DNA of 64,000 nucleotides from Nitrosopumilus sp. (GTDB lineage: Archaea > Thermoproteota > Nitrososphaeria > Nitrososphaerales > Nitrosopumilaceae). The notes under the pieces are model-generated. The model did not search any database. It had not been told where the DNA came from and was given only the letters and a program-made list of their open reading frames with translations. A program made the translations under genes and the position numbers. The DNA lies in contig OZ245003.1 of assembly GCA_965223425.1 (NCBI GenBank), forward strand, positions 2,240,001-2,304,000. The letters run 5' to 3'. This document shows, in pieces, positions 28,909 to 39,575 of this stretch; position 1 is the stretch's first letter; every line of letters starts with the position of its first letter.

Positions 28909-29703
28909 TTGGAAGAGGCACAATACCTGGATTGGAACAATTCAATTGAAATTCTAAACAAGGCATACAAAGCAGGTCTTTTTGTACTCATTATAGGGCC
29001 AAAGGGGACCGGAAAGACCTCCCTGGTCAGGGATTTTGCAAAAAACAAGAATGCAAACCTAGAATCCATTAATTTTAGCCTCAGAACCAGAGAGAGTCAT
29101 CTGGTTGGAACAAAAACAATGAGGGACGGAACTGTTAGTTTTGATGAAGGGCTTTTGATAAAATCGATGAGAGAGGGAGACATGCTTTACTTGGATGAGA
29201 TTAATTCAGCAGAAGCAGATGTTTTGCTTAGACTGGATGAGGCACTAGATGATAGGCGGCAGATTGCACTAAAAGAATCAGCAGGGGAGATGATCAATGC
29301 AAAAGAAAATTGGTTTGTAGTTGCAACGATAAATCCATTAACACATAGCGGTACAAAGGAGCTTCCGCCACAGATACTGAGCAGGTTTCCAGTACGAATT
29401 AGGTTAGAATATCCGCCAGAGGACATAGAATTGGAAATTGTAAAAAAGCATGTTGCCGGAGAGTGCGAAGCAGAAATCACCCAAGCAATAAAACTGGCAA
29501 ACATACTAAGACAGGCTGCCGCAGTTGAGGAGCTGTTTTACTCTCCTAGCTTGAGGGAAACCATCGCATTTGGAAAATTACTGGACAAAGGAATGAGTGC
29601 AAAGGACGCGGCAAATTTTGTTTTTGGAAATGTTTACACGCAGTGGGGGAACATAGAATATCAAAAGGTAAGCGACATCATCACGTCCATGTTTGGTAGT
29701 TAA
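28909..29703 (+). CDS. MoxR/CbbQ/NirQ-type AAA+ ATPase
   Basis: GPKGTGKT and LYLDEIN motifs. Confidence 0.9.
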   Translation: MEEAQYLDWNNSIEILNKAYKAGLFVLIIGPKGTGKTSLVRDFAKNKNANLESINFSLRTRESHLVGTKTMRDGTVSFDEGLLIKSMREGDMLYLDEINSAEADVLLRLDEALDDRRQIALKESAGEMINAKENWFVVATINPLTHSGTKELPPQILSRFPVRIRLEYPPEDIELEIVKKHVAGECEAEITQAIKLANILRQAAAVEELFYSPSLRETIAFGKLLDKGMSAKDAANFVFGNVYTQWGNIEYQKVSDIITSMFGS

Positions 29704-31266
29704 ATGCAGGCAATCCAACTTCAAAACGAATCCTTGGTAGAAATTGCCACCTTTCTTGTAAGAAGGTGGTCTGAAAAAGACAAAATGATCGTTGAGGTTT
29801 CAGACAAGATGGAAACAAAAACAAGGCTAAACGAAAACAAGGTTATCCTAACACCGCTTGAGAAAAGAATCGGGAACAACTTTCAGAAATACCGCCAGTT
29901 TAGAACATCGCTGTGGTACGAAGCAATGAGGGTAAGATTTTGTAAGAGGATTCTCAGCAACGATCATGCGTTTGGGTTCATTCTCAACACCATGGAGACG
30001 CAAAGAGTTGAGCAATTAGGCAGGAAGATATGGAAGGGAATGGACGATGAGATCATCTTCAACTATGCCTACATGCTTGTGGCAAGACCACAACTCCACA
30101 CGGTTTATGGAAAGGCAAGAATCGTAGAGGCATTTTATCAGTATTTTATGTTCGGTGCAATCAAGGGTGAGATCCAATCCAGTCATTTTGAAAAAATAAA
30201 AAAAGCAGCGCTATTTGCAAAAAAAAGTGTCAGGAAGGCAATTGATGAGAGTCATGACACTGATTGGCTTGAAAAAAACGTAAGTGAGATAGTCAAAATT
30301 TTGGATATTGACTCACTTCTTACAATACCAGTGTCCCTGCCTTTTATGAAAGCAGGAATGGCAATGTCTGAAGAAGAGCTGTTAAAAATTTTAAAAGTAA
30401 TTTCTAAAAACAAAGAGGGCGATTTTGGTTCAGTTGATCCTGATGCAATATCAAGAGGAGAAAATGTCTATGACGAATACAAAGTATTGCTTGATGAAAA
30501 CAAAAAAATGGAAAACAAGGGGTTGGCCCCAGAAGCAATAGGAATACGAACCCCTTCCACAAAAAATGTTAATGAGACAGCAATCTACGACATGGGCCTG
30601 ATCAACGGGTTAAAAATGAAATTTAAGGAATGGAAATCAGGTTGGAAAGAACAGCACATGAGATCCGGAGAGGAGTTTGATGAGGAAAGCTACATCGAGG
30701 GTCATGAGCCATTTTTTACAGATATAAAAAAATCCATTAAAACTAAAATTGTAATACTGCTGGATCATTCATCAAGTATCGCATCAGATGCTCTAGAATA
30801 CAAAAAAGCCACTCTAGCACTTTGCGAGGTTTTATCTTATCTCAAAGTAAAGTTTGCAGTGTATGCATTTAGCACTCAAGACAGAGCGGTAATTTGCTGG
30901 TCTATAAAACCAGATAACATAAAATGGAACAGCGTTACTGCAAAAAGGTTAGCACAGGTTGTTGCCAACGGTTCGACCCCGCTAGCAGAAGTATACGACA
31001 AAATGTTTCCAATTTTGCAGTCAAAAAGGCCGGATATTTTTTTGACATTGACAGACGGCGAGCCATCAGATCCGGATGCGGTAAGAAATACGACAAAGGC
31101 CCTCAAGAGGCTAGGAATCAGCATGGTAGCCTTGGGTTTGGGGCCAAATACAATAAGGGCCACCACCATAGCAAACAATCTGAAACACCTGGGATACGAA
31201 AAAACCATGGCAGTAAGCAGGCTAAAGGATATTCCAAGTAAAGTAATCCGTATTTTAGAAAAATAG
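29704..31266 (+). CDS. vWA domain protein
   Basis: DHSSS MIDAS, GSTP and LTDG motifs; partner of the AAA ATPase. Confidence 0.88.
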   Translation: MQAIQLQNESLVEIATFLVRRWSEKDKMIVEVSDKMETKTRLNENKVILTPLEKRIGNNFQKYRQFRTSLWYEAMRVRFCKRILSNDHAFGFILNTMETQRVEQLGRKIWKGMDDEIIFNYAYMLVARPQLHTVYGKARIVEAFYQYFMFGAIKGEIQSSHFEKIKKAALFAKKSVRKAIDESHDTDWLEKNVSEIVKILDIDSLLTIPVSLPFMKAGMAMSEEELLKILKVISKNKEGDFGSVDPDAISRGENVYDEYKVLLDENKKMENKGLAPEAIGIRTPSTKNVNETAIYDMGLINGLKMKFKEWKSGWKEQHMRSGEEFDEESYIEGHEPFFTDIKKSIKTKIVILLDHSSSIASDALEYKKATLALCEVLSYLKVKFAVYAFSTQDRAVICWSIKPDNIKWNSVTAKRLAQVVANGSTPLAEVYDKMFPILQSKRPDIFLTLTDGEPSDPDAVRNTTKALKRLGISMVALGLGPNTIRATTIANNLKHLGYEKTMAVSRLKDIPSKVIRILEK

Positions 31267-31332
31267 GTTTTCAGCAGCGCACCATCAGGATATTTTATAT
31301 GAGCAAAAAATTGATGGCATACAGAGAAGAAC

Positions 31333-32877
31333 ATGTCAGAAACTGATGTTGACAAGCCCCTGCTTGAGAAATTTGAACGGGGGATTTGGAGCAAAGTTCC
31401 ACATCTGGAGGGAGGCAAAGTAGTAGTCAATGCAACACCTCTCACTGATCTTACATCTGATCTAAAAGAATGTGCAAAAAATCTCTACAAATTAGATATT
31501 TCGGGTTTGGACTTGAAAGTGTATGGAAAATTTGATGCCAGCTTGGTATCAGGTTCAATCAAAGTTAGGCCTGCCATTTACATCATGCATGATGCAATTA
31601 AAACGGGAAAATTGAAGAGCAACCAAACAATTATTGAGGCAACATCAGGTAACTTTGGAATTGCCCTTGGACAGATGTCAAAACTCGGATTGACTGTAGT
31701 CTCACTTGTTTCAAGGAAATTGCAGGAAGGGGTCTTCAAAGAATTAAGAAATGAGAATATTCGCATCATGGATCTTGACATGGATATCTGTCCCGCTCCT
31801 GGAATGAAAGATGCTGATGCTGATGCGTTAAAAGCAAAAGCAACTGCCGGAAACATACGCTCTCAGTTAGCTGAGCTAGGTTTTGATCCTACAAAATTTG
31901 ACGAGTCCATCGAGGAAATTCAGGAACTGCTGGCAGCAGAGGACATTATCAACCTGGCAAAACTAATTGCAAAAATTTACGGCTGTTTCTGTCCGGAACA
32001 ATACGACAATGAATTAAACATCGAGGCCCACAGAACCATTACCGCAGTAGAAATTGATCAGCAGTTGCATGAAAACGGGGACTCGCTAGAAGATTACAGA
32101 ATACTTTGTTCTTTTGGAACAGGCGGCACATCTGGCGGATTAAGCAAATACATGAATGAAAAATACGGAAAGAAATCTGTGCACGTGGTATTTCCGCCCG
32201 CAGGTCAAGATGTTGCAGGAATTAGAACCAAGGCCAAGGCAGATGGGCTAAAGTTATACAATCCAGACGCATATGCAGCTCAGCACGAGGTTGATTTTGG
32301 GCAGGCAAAACATTTACTAAAATTCTTTGTAGACAGGGGCCACAACATTGGTGAAAGCACGGCACTTGCGTTGTATTCCATACTAGAAATGGCAAGTGAC
32401 GGAGAGAAGGGAAAATTCATAGTTATAGTTGCCGATGGCATAGAAAAATACAGAAAAAATCTAGAGTCAATGTCATCCAATCAACGCATTCAGGTCTCTT
32501 TAGAAGAGGCAGCATCAGGTGTCGAGGATTATGACAAAATAATATGGGTTCATACACAGTATGCCCCAAAAGAGGAAGGAATTGAGATTATTGCCAAATC
32601 GTTGGGGGTGAACAAGGAAAAAATTGCAATTCCAAAAGCAAGTACCATAAATCAGTTACTGTCAACACAGCAGGTTCCAGAGGAGCTTACCAAAGAACTA
32701 GACGGCTCCAAGGGTAAGGCACTGCTAATTTGCATGGCTGGAAACACATCACTTATGGCAACCAAGGTGCTTGCAAGCAAAGGAATAGTCACTGAGAGCC
32801 TTAATGGCGGAATAACCAATCTGCCTGAAGGGCAAGGCAAAAATCCTGGCCAATATGTTCAGACAGCCAGGGAATAG
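31333..32877 (+). CDS. PLP-dependent cysteine synthase family protein with rhodanese-like C-terminus
   Basis: GSIKVR, EATSGNFG, GTGGT and C-terminal ICMAGNTS. Confidence 0.85.
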   Translation: MSETDVDKPLLEKFERGIWSKVPHLEGGKVVVNATPLTDLTSDLKECAKNLYKLDISGLDLKVYGKFDASLVSGSIKVRPAIYIMHDAIKTGKLKSNQTIIEATSGNFGIALGQMSKLGLTVVSLVSRKLQEGVFKELRNENIRIMDLDMDICPAPGMKDADADALKAKATAGNIRSQLAELGFDPTKFDESIEEIQELLAAEDIINLAKLIAKIYGCFCPEQYDNELNIEAHRTITAVEIDQQLHENGDSLEDYRILCSFGTGGTSGGLSKYMNEKYGKKSVHVVFPPAGQDVAGIRTKAKADGLKLYNPDAYAAQHEVDFGQAKHLLKFFVDRGHNIGESTALALYSILEMASDGEKGKFIVIVADGIEKYRKNLESMSSNQRIQVSLEEAASGVEDYDKIIWVHTQYAPKEEGIEIIAKSLGVNKEKIAIPKASTINQLLSTQQVPEELTKELDGSKGKALLICMAGNTSLMATKVLASKGIVTESLNGGITNLPEGQGKNPGQYVQTARE

Positions 32878-32885
32878 CCATCACC

Positions 32886-33341
32886 TTGAAATGCCTCTCA
32901 GTTTCTCAACCGTTTGCGGATTTAATCATTTCAGGCAAAAAGACTATCGAGCTGAGAAAATGGAACACAAGTTTTCGCGGAGAGTTTCTGGTTCATGCCC
33001 CATTAAAGATCAGAACAGAGGATTGCAAAAGGCTAAAGATTAACAAAAAACTTGTTACAGGCAGAATAATTGGAAAGGCCGAACTTTATGATGTAAAAAA
33101 GTACGGTTCAGCCAAAGAAGTCAAAGCAGATCAAAAATTCCATTTGGCCTCAAAAAATTTTCATGGCAACGCCTATGGGTTTGTGCTAAAGAATCAAAAA
33201 TCATTTAGAATTCCAATCCCATGCAAAGGCAAGTTAGGGTTCTTTGAGATTGACGTACCTAAGACAAAGATCAAAAACAGGGATATAGTTGCAGACATTA
33301 TTGATGAGGAGTATCGCTATCAATGGATTGGCCATCATTGA
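32886..33341 (+). CDS. ASCH domain protein
   Basis: LSVSQPFA, GKKTIELR and GKLGFF motifs. Confidence 0.9.
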   Translation: MKCLSVSQPFADLIISGKKTIELRKWNTSFRGEFLVHAPLKIRTEDCKRLKINKKLVTGRIIGKAELYDVKKYGSAKEVKADQKFHLASKNFHGNAYGFVLKNQKSFRIPIPCKGKLGFFEIDVPKTKIKNRDIVADIIDEEYRYQWIGHH

Positions 33342-33407
33342 GCCAACTCTGATTTTTAGAAAAAATCTGGCCTAGTATATATAAAGGGCTATTTAAAGTC
33401 CCATGTC

Positions 33408-33971
33408 ATGCCCCAAACAAAGCCCATTGTTAGCGTTGAAAACGTAGTTGCATCTGCATCAGTTGATCAAAAAATTGTTCTGAATGAAATTACAGAAAAG
33501 TTTCCAGACACGGAATATCATCCTGAACAGTTTCCCGGACTTGTTTTTAGGCTAAAGGCTCCCAGAACCGCAACTCTGATTTTTAGGACAGGAAAGATGG
33601 TTTGTACCGGAGCCAAATCCGAGGAGATGGCAATCAAGGCCGTAAACACAGTAGTTCAGAAACTAAGAAAGGGAAAAATCAAAATAAAAAAGGATGCAGT
33701 AATTACAGTTCAAAATATAGTTGCCGCAATCAATCTTGGCGGAAAAATTCATTTAGAAAAGGCGGCAAGAACACTACCGCGAAGCATGTACGAACCAGAA
33801 CAATTTCCAGGACTCATTCACAGAATGCTTGATCCAAAAACTGTGATATTGCTATTTGCATCAGGAAAGCTGGTGTGTACCGGGGCAAAAAAAGAGTCAG
33901 ATGTCTATCGTTCCGTTCACAACCTGCATTCGTTATTAGAAGAGAAAAATCTGATGATTTATGACCAGTAA
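33408..33971 (+). CDS. tbp: TATA-box binding protein
   Basis: Two NVVAS/NIVA and YxPEQFPGL repeats. Confidence 0.98.
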   Translation: MPQTKPIVSVENVVASASVDQKIVLNEITEKFPDTEYHPEQFPGLVFRLKAPRTATLIFRTGKMVCTGAKSEEMAIKAVNTVVQKLRKGKIKIKKDAVITVQNIVAAINLGGKIHLEKAARTLPRSMYEPEQFPGLIHRMLDPKTVILLFASGKLVCTGAKKESDVYRSVHNLHSLLEEKNLMIYDQ

Positions 33972-34003
33972 TTTGAATTCAATATTTTAAAAAAAATCAG
34001 AAA

Positions 34004-34225
34004 TTGGCTGAAGATATTTTTGAAAGAGAAAAGAACAATCTGACACCTGAGACGGGATTTGATTTGGTTGGAATAGATTACTTTGCAGAGCCGGGAAACC
34101 AATTGTATGTCGTTGAACATTTTGAGATGTATCAGGATGCCTTGAATGCTAAAAAAGACAGGAAGAATCCAGAAGAGTATTTTGTTTTGTACAAGGGGAC
34201 AGGAGGGGAATTTTTCTGCAGATAA
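34004..34225 (+). CDS. Hypothetical protein
   Basis: 73-aa ORF with host-like composition. Confidence 0.65.
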   Translation: MAEDIFEREKNNLTPETGFDLVGIDYFAEPGNQLYVVEHFEMYQDALNAKKDRKNPEEYFVLYKGTGGEFFCR

Positions 34226-34245
34226 AGCAGAAAAATAGTTTAACT

Positions 34246-35925
34246 GTAACTATTCGGATTTGTGGAGTTGTGGGGGATTTATTTTGACAGACAAATCACG
34301 CCCCGTTATATCGTGACAGTTCAAAATCGGCAAAAACGCCGCTCAGCCCCATACATGTGTGCGCGATGTTGCGGCGTTTTAGGCACAGACACACTTTACT
34401 GCCGCAGCTTTGTCCGGACAAGCCATGGGAATCCCGTCGGTTCTGCGGCCGTCAAGGCATTCCAGGATAAAACTGTACGGGTTTGCACCGCGCATCCTGC
34501 ATGTGGCGTATATGCTTGCCAGCGTCTCTGTGATGTACATGCCCTTCTCGGATCTGCTGCCGTAGCTGACCTTGCGCATGGTGGCAAACATCCTCAGGGC
34601 CCTCTCGCTTTTGTTGTTGTGGTATTCCACGCCGTGCTCTAGAAACGTCAGCAGCTGATCCCCCTCCCTTTTGAGCCTTTTTGCGTACCTCCGGCAGTCC
34701 GCATCGTCGTATGACTGCCGTGCCAGCGCGTCTATCCTGTCCTGCAGCCTTTGTGTGACGTCTGCTGGAACCGCATTACTGTCGTACTTTTCCCGTGCGT
34801 CTATGGCATCCCTGAGTATGCCGTGCAGTCTCTTGAAGAATGTGGCAAACTCGTTACTGCAGCTCTCCTCCAGGGTCTTGTACATGTCCCTGAAATAGTG
34901 CAGCAGGCACTTTTGGTGTAGCAGGCCTACGGCACTCCATGCCAGATACGAGTCCGATATTACAATTCCGTCAAACTCACCTGCCAGTGCCTCTGCCACC
35001 TGCTTGCTGCGCGTCGATGATATGTGGTATATCACGCCGTGCGTGGAGACTAGAACCCATACCCAGTAATGCAGTCCGTTGAGAAACCATCCGGTCTCGT
35101 CCCCGTATATGGCGCGAGCCCTGTGAATCATCCCTGCAAGCAGTCCGTCGTAGACGGGCCTCATCTGGCATGCCGCCTTTTCGCACATGGAGACCAGCGT
35201 TGAACCCGGGATTTGTATCCCGTATATCATGTCAAATAGGTCAGTTATCCTTTCAAACGGTATGCCCATGCAACGCATCAGCACTACCTGGGAGATTATC
35301 GTGATTCCATACTGAGAGCCGGACAGGGTGCCGGGTATGCGTGCGGAGTGTGACGTTTTACAGTTCCTGCAGTAGCGGCGCGCCACGCTCCATCTGATGC
35401 GGCGCGCCCTGCCGTCCTGTATGTCTGTTATGTCACGGTCGTAATCGGTACTGCTGTCTGCAAGTCTGAGACCGCATCCGGGACAATATGAAATGTCTGC
35501 GTCCCTGTGATCTGTGACTGGGATGTCAGTCTTCTGTTCCCTGCCGCGCATCCCGGTATTTTTGTCGCTTTTTGGCCGCGGATATTCCTTGAATTTTCTC
35601 ACATTGTAGCTTCTTGCCTTCCTGGCCGGCTTTTGGGTTGCGGATCCTGTCCTTAGCTGCCTGTTCTCTTCTTCCAGCTGCCTGATTGTGTCATTTTGCT
35701 GCTTGATTGTATCATTTTGCTGCTTGACTTTTTCTTCCAACGACTTTCTCTCTCTTCTCTCCTGATCAAACACTGATTTGAAATGCTTAAAGAGATAGTT
35801 TGTGTCTTGGTTGTCCCAGTCTACGCGGGTAGGATCAAACTCCGCCGGCATCACATGTGTGTTCTAGCCGTGATCTTTATCTCTTTCGGCACCCCAAAAT
35901 TCACTCCAGAAATCCGAATTGTTAC
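34246..35925 (-). mobile_element. IS66-family element (single-ORF type)
   Basis: TIR GTAAC(T/A)ATTCGGATTT; 8-bp TSD GTTTAACT at 34238..34245 and 35926..35933. Confidence 0.95.
34379..35854 (-). CDS. IS66 transposase
   Basis: Coiled coil, CPGC/CRNC zinc finger, GDETGW, QKCLLH and NNKSERALR. Confidence 0.93.
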   Translation of the reverse strand: MMPAEFDPTRVDWDNQDTNYLFKHFKSVFDQERRERKSLEEKVKQQNDTIKQQNDTIRQLEEENRQLRTGSATQKPARKARSYNVRKFKEYPRPKSDKNTGMRGREQKTDIPVTDHRDADISYCPGCGLRLADSSTDYDRDITDIQDGRARRIRWSVARRYCRNCKTSHSARIPGTLSGSQYGITIISQVVLMRCMGIPFERITDLFDMIYGIQIPGSTLVSMCEKAACQMRPVYDGLLAGMIHRARAIYGDETGWFLNGLHYWVWVLVSTHGVIYHISSTRSKQVAEALAGEFDGIVISDSYLAWSAVGLLHQKCLLHYFRDMYKTLEESCSNEFATFFKRLHGILRDAIDAREKYDSNAVPADVTQRLQDRIDALARQSYDDADCRRYAKRLKREGDQLLTFLEHGVEYHNNKSERALRMFATMRKVSYGSRSEKGMYITETLASIYATCRMRGANPYSFILECLDGRRTDGIPMACPDKAAAVKCVCA

Positions 35926-35983
35926 GTTTAACTTTACTAAATTTTGCAGGCTATCTTATCATCAAGTTAAAAATTCCAAAATT

Positions 35984-36571
35984 ATGGGGACTAGAACAAA
36001 TGAACTGGTCGATACTTTATACGCAAAAGAAGACATGATAAAATCAGACCAGAATTCAAAGCAAGTTATCCGCAAGAGCCCAAAGGCAAAATATCAGATT
36101 TTTGACAAATCAGAATTTACTCGTGGAAGGGAGGTTTTAGGAGATCTGATTGTACACGGAATGGTAGCCTCAGGCGGAACCGACATAGATTGGCTTGTTG
36201 AGCACAATGGAGGCTTTGTCATCTTGGAATTCAAGGGGTTTCACAACGATAGGATCAATATTCCAAAAGGCCAAATGATTGCATATGAAAAACTGCATGA
36301 AAAACTGAATCAGTCAACAAAATGTTTTCTTTATGTCGTGGGCTGTGATGACATTGATTTTTCAAATCCGGATCCAACGATATGGGTTTTTGAGATGAGC
36401 CAATGGAGATCAGGCGCAATCCCAAAAAACACTAACGACATTTATGGTGAGTATTCAGGCAGAGAAAATAAATTCATAGTGTATCGCGAGTATATGGAAG
36501 AGATTAGTGTGGAGAAACTCAGAGAAGTAATCGATTCCCACTGGAAGGGATTTGAAGAGGTTACGCAGTGA
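35984..36571 (+). CDS. Putative PD-(D/E)xK nuclease-fold protein
   Basis: DIDWLVE...ILEFK...GQ pattern. Confidence 0.55.
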   Translation: MGTRTNELVDTLYAKEDMIKSDQNSKQVIRKSPKAKYQIFDKSEFTRGREVLGDLIVHGMVASGGTDIDWLVEHNGGFVILEFKGFHNDRINIPKGQMIAYEKLHEKLNQSTKCFLYVVGCDDIDFSNPDPTIWVFEMSQWRSGAIPKNTNDIYGEYSGRENKFIVYREYMEEISVEKLREVIDSHWKGFEEVTQ

Positions 36572-37265
36572 ATGAAAACGTATCGGATGCTGCCTCTACG
36601 CCATTATCTACCTTGATTGTATAAGTGCCAGAAGTTTCCCATCCTGCTCCACCAGCTATGGCTAATGTAGAATATCTCCCATCATTTTTTAGGGAAACCT
36701 GTTCTTTCCATACAAGCTCGTTGTTTTTATTTTCAATTGACAGAGACACGGTTCCGTCAGTATCAGATACGCCGCTAATTGAGATGATATCTTTTGCAGC
36801 ATAAGATGATAAATCAGTCTGGATTGACAGTCCGTCTGAAATCGGATTAGTTGGTGCTGTAACATTGGGGGGGTTTGTATTAGAGGCACCGCTAAAAGAG
36901 ACGGCTATTGCAATAATTACTATCAAAGCAACACTGCCAATACCTGCCATCTTTTTCAAATTTTTGGGTTTAGAATAGGTAACTCGTGGCAGTTTGGGCT
37001 GAACTGTCTGGGTGTTCTGAATGGTTGGGATTTCAGGCAGTATTACATCTGGGACTATTGGCTTTTCCTCAAGGGGGGGCGGGGTTTGAATAATTTCCGG
37101 TCTTTTTCCCAGGTGTTCTTCTGCTAGTTTTTTGACATAATTTCTTTCATAGTTACTGATGACCTCATCATTCTCACATGCCCTGCAAATTTGCTTTAAA
37201 ATGCGATCGTCTCCAAAATCCTTCTCTAAAAGGGCCTTTACGTCATCTAGTAATGGGTCAGCCAT
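36561..37265 (-). CDS. Membrane-anchored hypothetical protein with Ig-like C-terminus
   Basis: Central TM helix; GTYTIKV strand. Confidence 0.7.
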   Translation of the reverse strand: MADPLLDDVKALLEKDFGDDRILKQICRACENDEVISNYERNYVKKLAEEHLGKRPEIIQTPPPLEEKPIVPDVILPEIPTIQNTQTVQPKLPRVTYSKPKNLKKMAGIGSVALIVIIAIAVSFSGASNTNPPNVTAPTNPISDGLSIQTDLSSYAAKDIISISGVSDTDGTVSLSIENKNNELVWKEQVSLKNDGRYSTLAIAGGAGWETSGTYTIKVDNGVEAASDTFSFTA

Positions 37266-37373
37266 GTGTATTTTATCCCCTATGATTATTTATGAATAGC
37301 CTTGTTTAAGATTTCTAGTGATTTCTTTTAAAAAAAGAGTTTAAAGCCAATTTTTTAAACAAATCAAAAAAAT

Positions 37374-37550
37374 CTATTTTGAGCAGATTTTTTGGGCTTG
37401 TATAATGACTGTTCGGATATAGTCCCTTGCAGTAGAATCAGAGACCCCCATTTGTTTGGCTCTTTGATAGAGATCATTTTCTTTAGGATTTATCAGGTAA
37501 CACTTCAAAAGATAGTTTAGTCGATGGGATCTTTTTTCATCACTCTTCAT
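37374..37550 (-). CDS. Small HTH-like hypothetical protein
   Basis: MKSDEKR...AKQMGVSDSTARDY. Confidence 0.6.
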   Translation of the reverse strand: MKSDEKRSHRLNYLLKCYLINPKENDLYQRAKQMGVSDSTARDYIRTVIIQAQKICSK

Positions 37551-37672
37551 AGTTTTACTTTTTTTTAATACTAAAAAGGTCACAGGATTATGAAATAACC
37601 TATGCATAGTATCATAGAAATTGAATAAAAACATATAATCTCTTTTAAACAATATCAAAAAAATTAATGAAA

Positions 37673-38012
37673 ATGAAACGAATTGAAGCGACCATTCAGG
37701 GAAACAAGGCAGGAGTCGTTTCTGCAGCAATCAATGATTAGTTGGAGGGCTTGCCATTCTAGAGGGAAACGGAAGAGGTTCTGGGGAAAGACAAACCATC
37801 AGAGCGGGAAGGGGGACAGATACCTTTGTAGCAGAATACAACAAAGTTGCAACGATCATTACAGTTGTAGATGACTCAAAAGTGGAAAAGGTTTCTGCAG
37901 CAATTGTAGATGCAGCTTGTACGGGAAAAGAGGAGACGGAATCATAGTTGTGTCCAATGTTGATAGCGTTCTAAATATTGCATCAAAAAAGACTGACTCT
38001 GAGGCACTCTAG
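37673..38012 (+). pseudogene. glnB: P-II nitrogen regulatory protein with two single-base deletions
   Basis: MKRIEATI...GRG...RAGRG...TG-GDGIIVVS; frameshifts near 37739 and 37930. Confidence 0.85.
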
Positions 38013-38185
38013 CCATATCTTGCTCTCATCAAAGAACCAACGGCAAAATAATTTAATTGGTAATTACTACTGAGAGGGCGTCACTACTCCCCTCAGTGCG
38101 GTATCCCTTTGGGGGACATATTTTTTTTTTTTGAAGGGTTGATATGTATTGCAATTTGAGTATAAAAGCGAAGGATTTTGTAGAA

Positions 38186-38425
38186 TTATTGTTGTCCTTC
38201 TATGCCCATCAAGGTCAAGGTGGATCTGATTTTTGGAATTTTTCTTATCTTCCAAGTGATAGTTTCACGTAGCGCCTCAACCTGACTAGATTCTACTTTG
38301 GCTAAAACATCATATGCGCCAAACGTGCCATGTACTTCAACTACACCTTCAATTGATTTGAGTTCTGATATTACGGCTTCTTCAGAGCCCAGCTCACAGT
38401 TGATGAGAACATAAGCTGTTGCCAC
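38186..38425 (-). CDS. Lrp/AsnC ligand-binding (RAM) domain protein
   Basis: AYVLIN...GAYDVLAKV...STLTL. Confidence 0.9.
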   Translation of the reverse strand: MATAYVLINCELGSEEAVISELKSIEGVVEVHGTFGAYDVLAKVESSQVEALRETITWKIRKIPKIRSTLTLMGIEGQQ

Positions 38426-38564
38426 TATGGTTTAACTCCTTTTTTCATATAGAAAATGTCATCTTGAATTATATAAGAATGGTCTAACTGACCTAAAAAT
38501 ATAACATGGATTTTGATTAAATACTGAACAAATGTAAAGGAATGTCTGGCAGTCTAGCAAATTT

Positions 38565-39527
38565 TTAAGAGGAATCATATGCGCTATTCATAATTTTTTC
38601 TAGTTCTTCAATATTTTTAGAAAAAGTGATTCTCAAACGCAGTTTAGAGCCTCCCTTCATGCCTTTTGTGAATCGAATTGCCTGGCTTTTGATATTGGCA
38701 AATTTGATTTTGTATTGGTTTGTCAGATGCAGATAATCAAAAAAAGAGTTCAATCTGTCTTTGAAAGAGTATTCATGATAAGAGTTGGTTTTTAGATAAT
38801 CATTTATTTGTTCAAACAAGAATGGGTTTCCCATTGCGCCACGGCCTATCATTACATAATCACAACCGGTTTTATCAATCATAGTTTTAGCATCCTCGGG
38901 AGCCGTAATATCACCATTTCCAACAACTGGAATGCGGGATATTTCTTTTAGTTCTTTTATCATGCTCCAATCTGCATTTCCAGAATATCCTTGACTGACA
39001 GTTCTAGGATGAAAAGTAATCATTTGGATTCCCTCATCTTCTGCAATTTCTGCAATCTCTCTAAAAAGGAATTTACTGGCATCAGTTACTCCGGAACGAA
39101 TTTTTAAGGTTACAGGTTTTTTTACGGCATTGACAAGAGTGTTAAAGATTTGTTGGGTGAGGTTGACTTCTTGCAAAAGAGCACCGCCGGCCATTTGTTG
39201 GGTGATGTGGGGTGCAGGGCACCCCATGTTATAATCAATAATATCAAAATACGGCTCTACAATCTTTGCAGCTTTTTCTAACGCAAGAAGATCAGAGCCA
39301 AATAATTGAACTGAAAGAGGACGTTCTTCTTCAGAGTATTCAATGAATTCTTGAATTGTTTTAGCATTTTCTCCAAGTTGCTTTTCTTTGGCAATTATAC
39401 TGTGAATGTTGGTAAATTCAGTAACAACAAGACCTGCCCCTTTTTGTTTACATTGTAGACGAAGGGCAGGATCACTTACGCCAGCCATGGGTGCTAAAAA
39501 TGCCCTACTAGAAAATTTTGGAAGCAT
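38565..39527 (-). CDS. dus: tRNA-dihydrouridine synthase
   Basis: LAPMAG, NMGCP, GNGDI and MIGRG motifs. Confidence 0.93.
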   Translation of the reverse strand: MLPKFSSRAFLAPMAGVSDPALRLQCKQKGAGLVVTEFTNIHSIIAKEKQLGENAKTIQEFIEYSEEERPLSVQLFGSDLLALEKAAKIVEPYFDIIDYNMGCPAPHITQQMAGGALLQEVNLTQQIFNTLVNAVKKPVTLKIRSGVTDASKFLFREIAEIAEDEGIQMITFHPRTVSQGYSGNADWSMIKELKEISRIPVVGNGDITAPEDAKTMIDKTGCDYVMIGRGAMGNPFLFEQINDYLKTNSYHEYSFKDRLNSFFDYLHLTNQYKIKFANIKSQAIRFTKGMKGGSKLRLRITFSKNIEELEKIMNSAYDSS

Positions 39528-39575
39528 ATGAAAAGTCCATAATTTGAATATATTTACTATGCCAAAAATTTAGGC

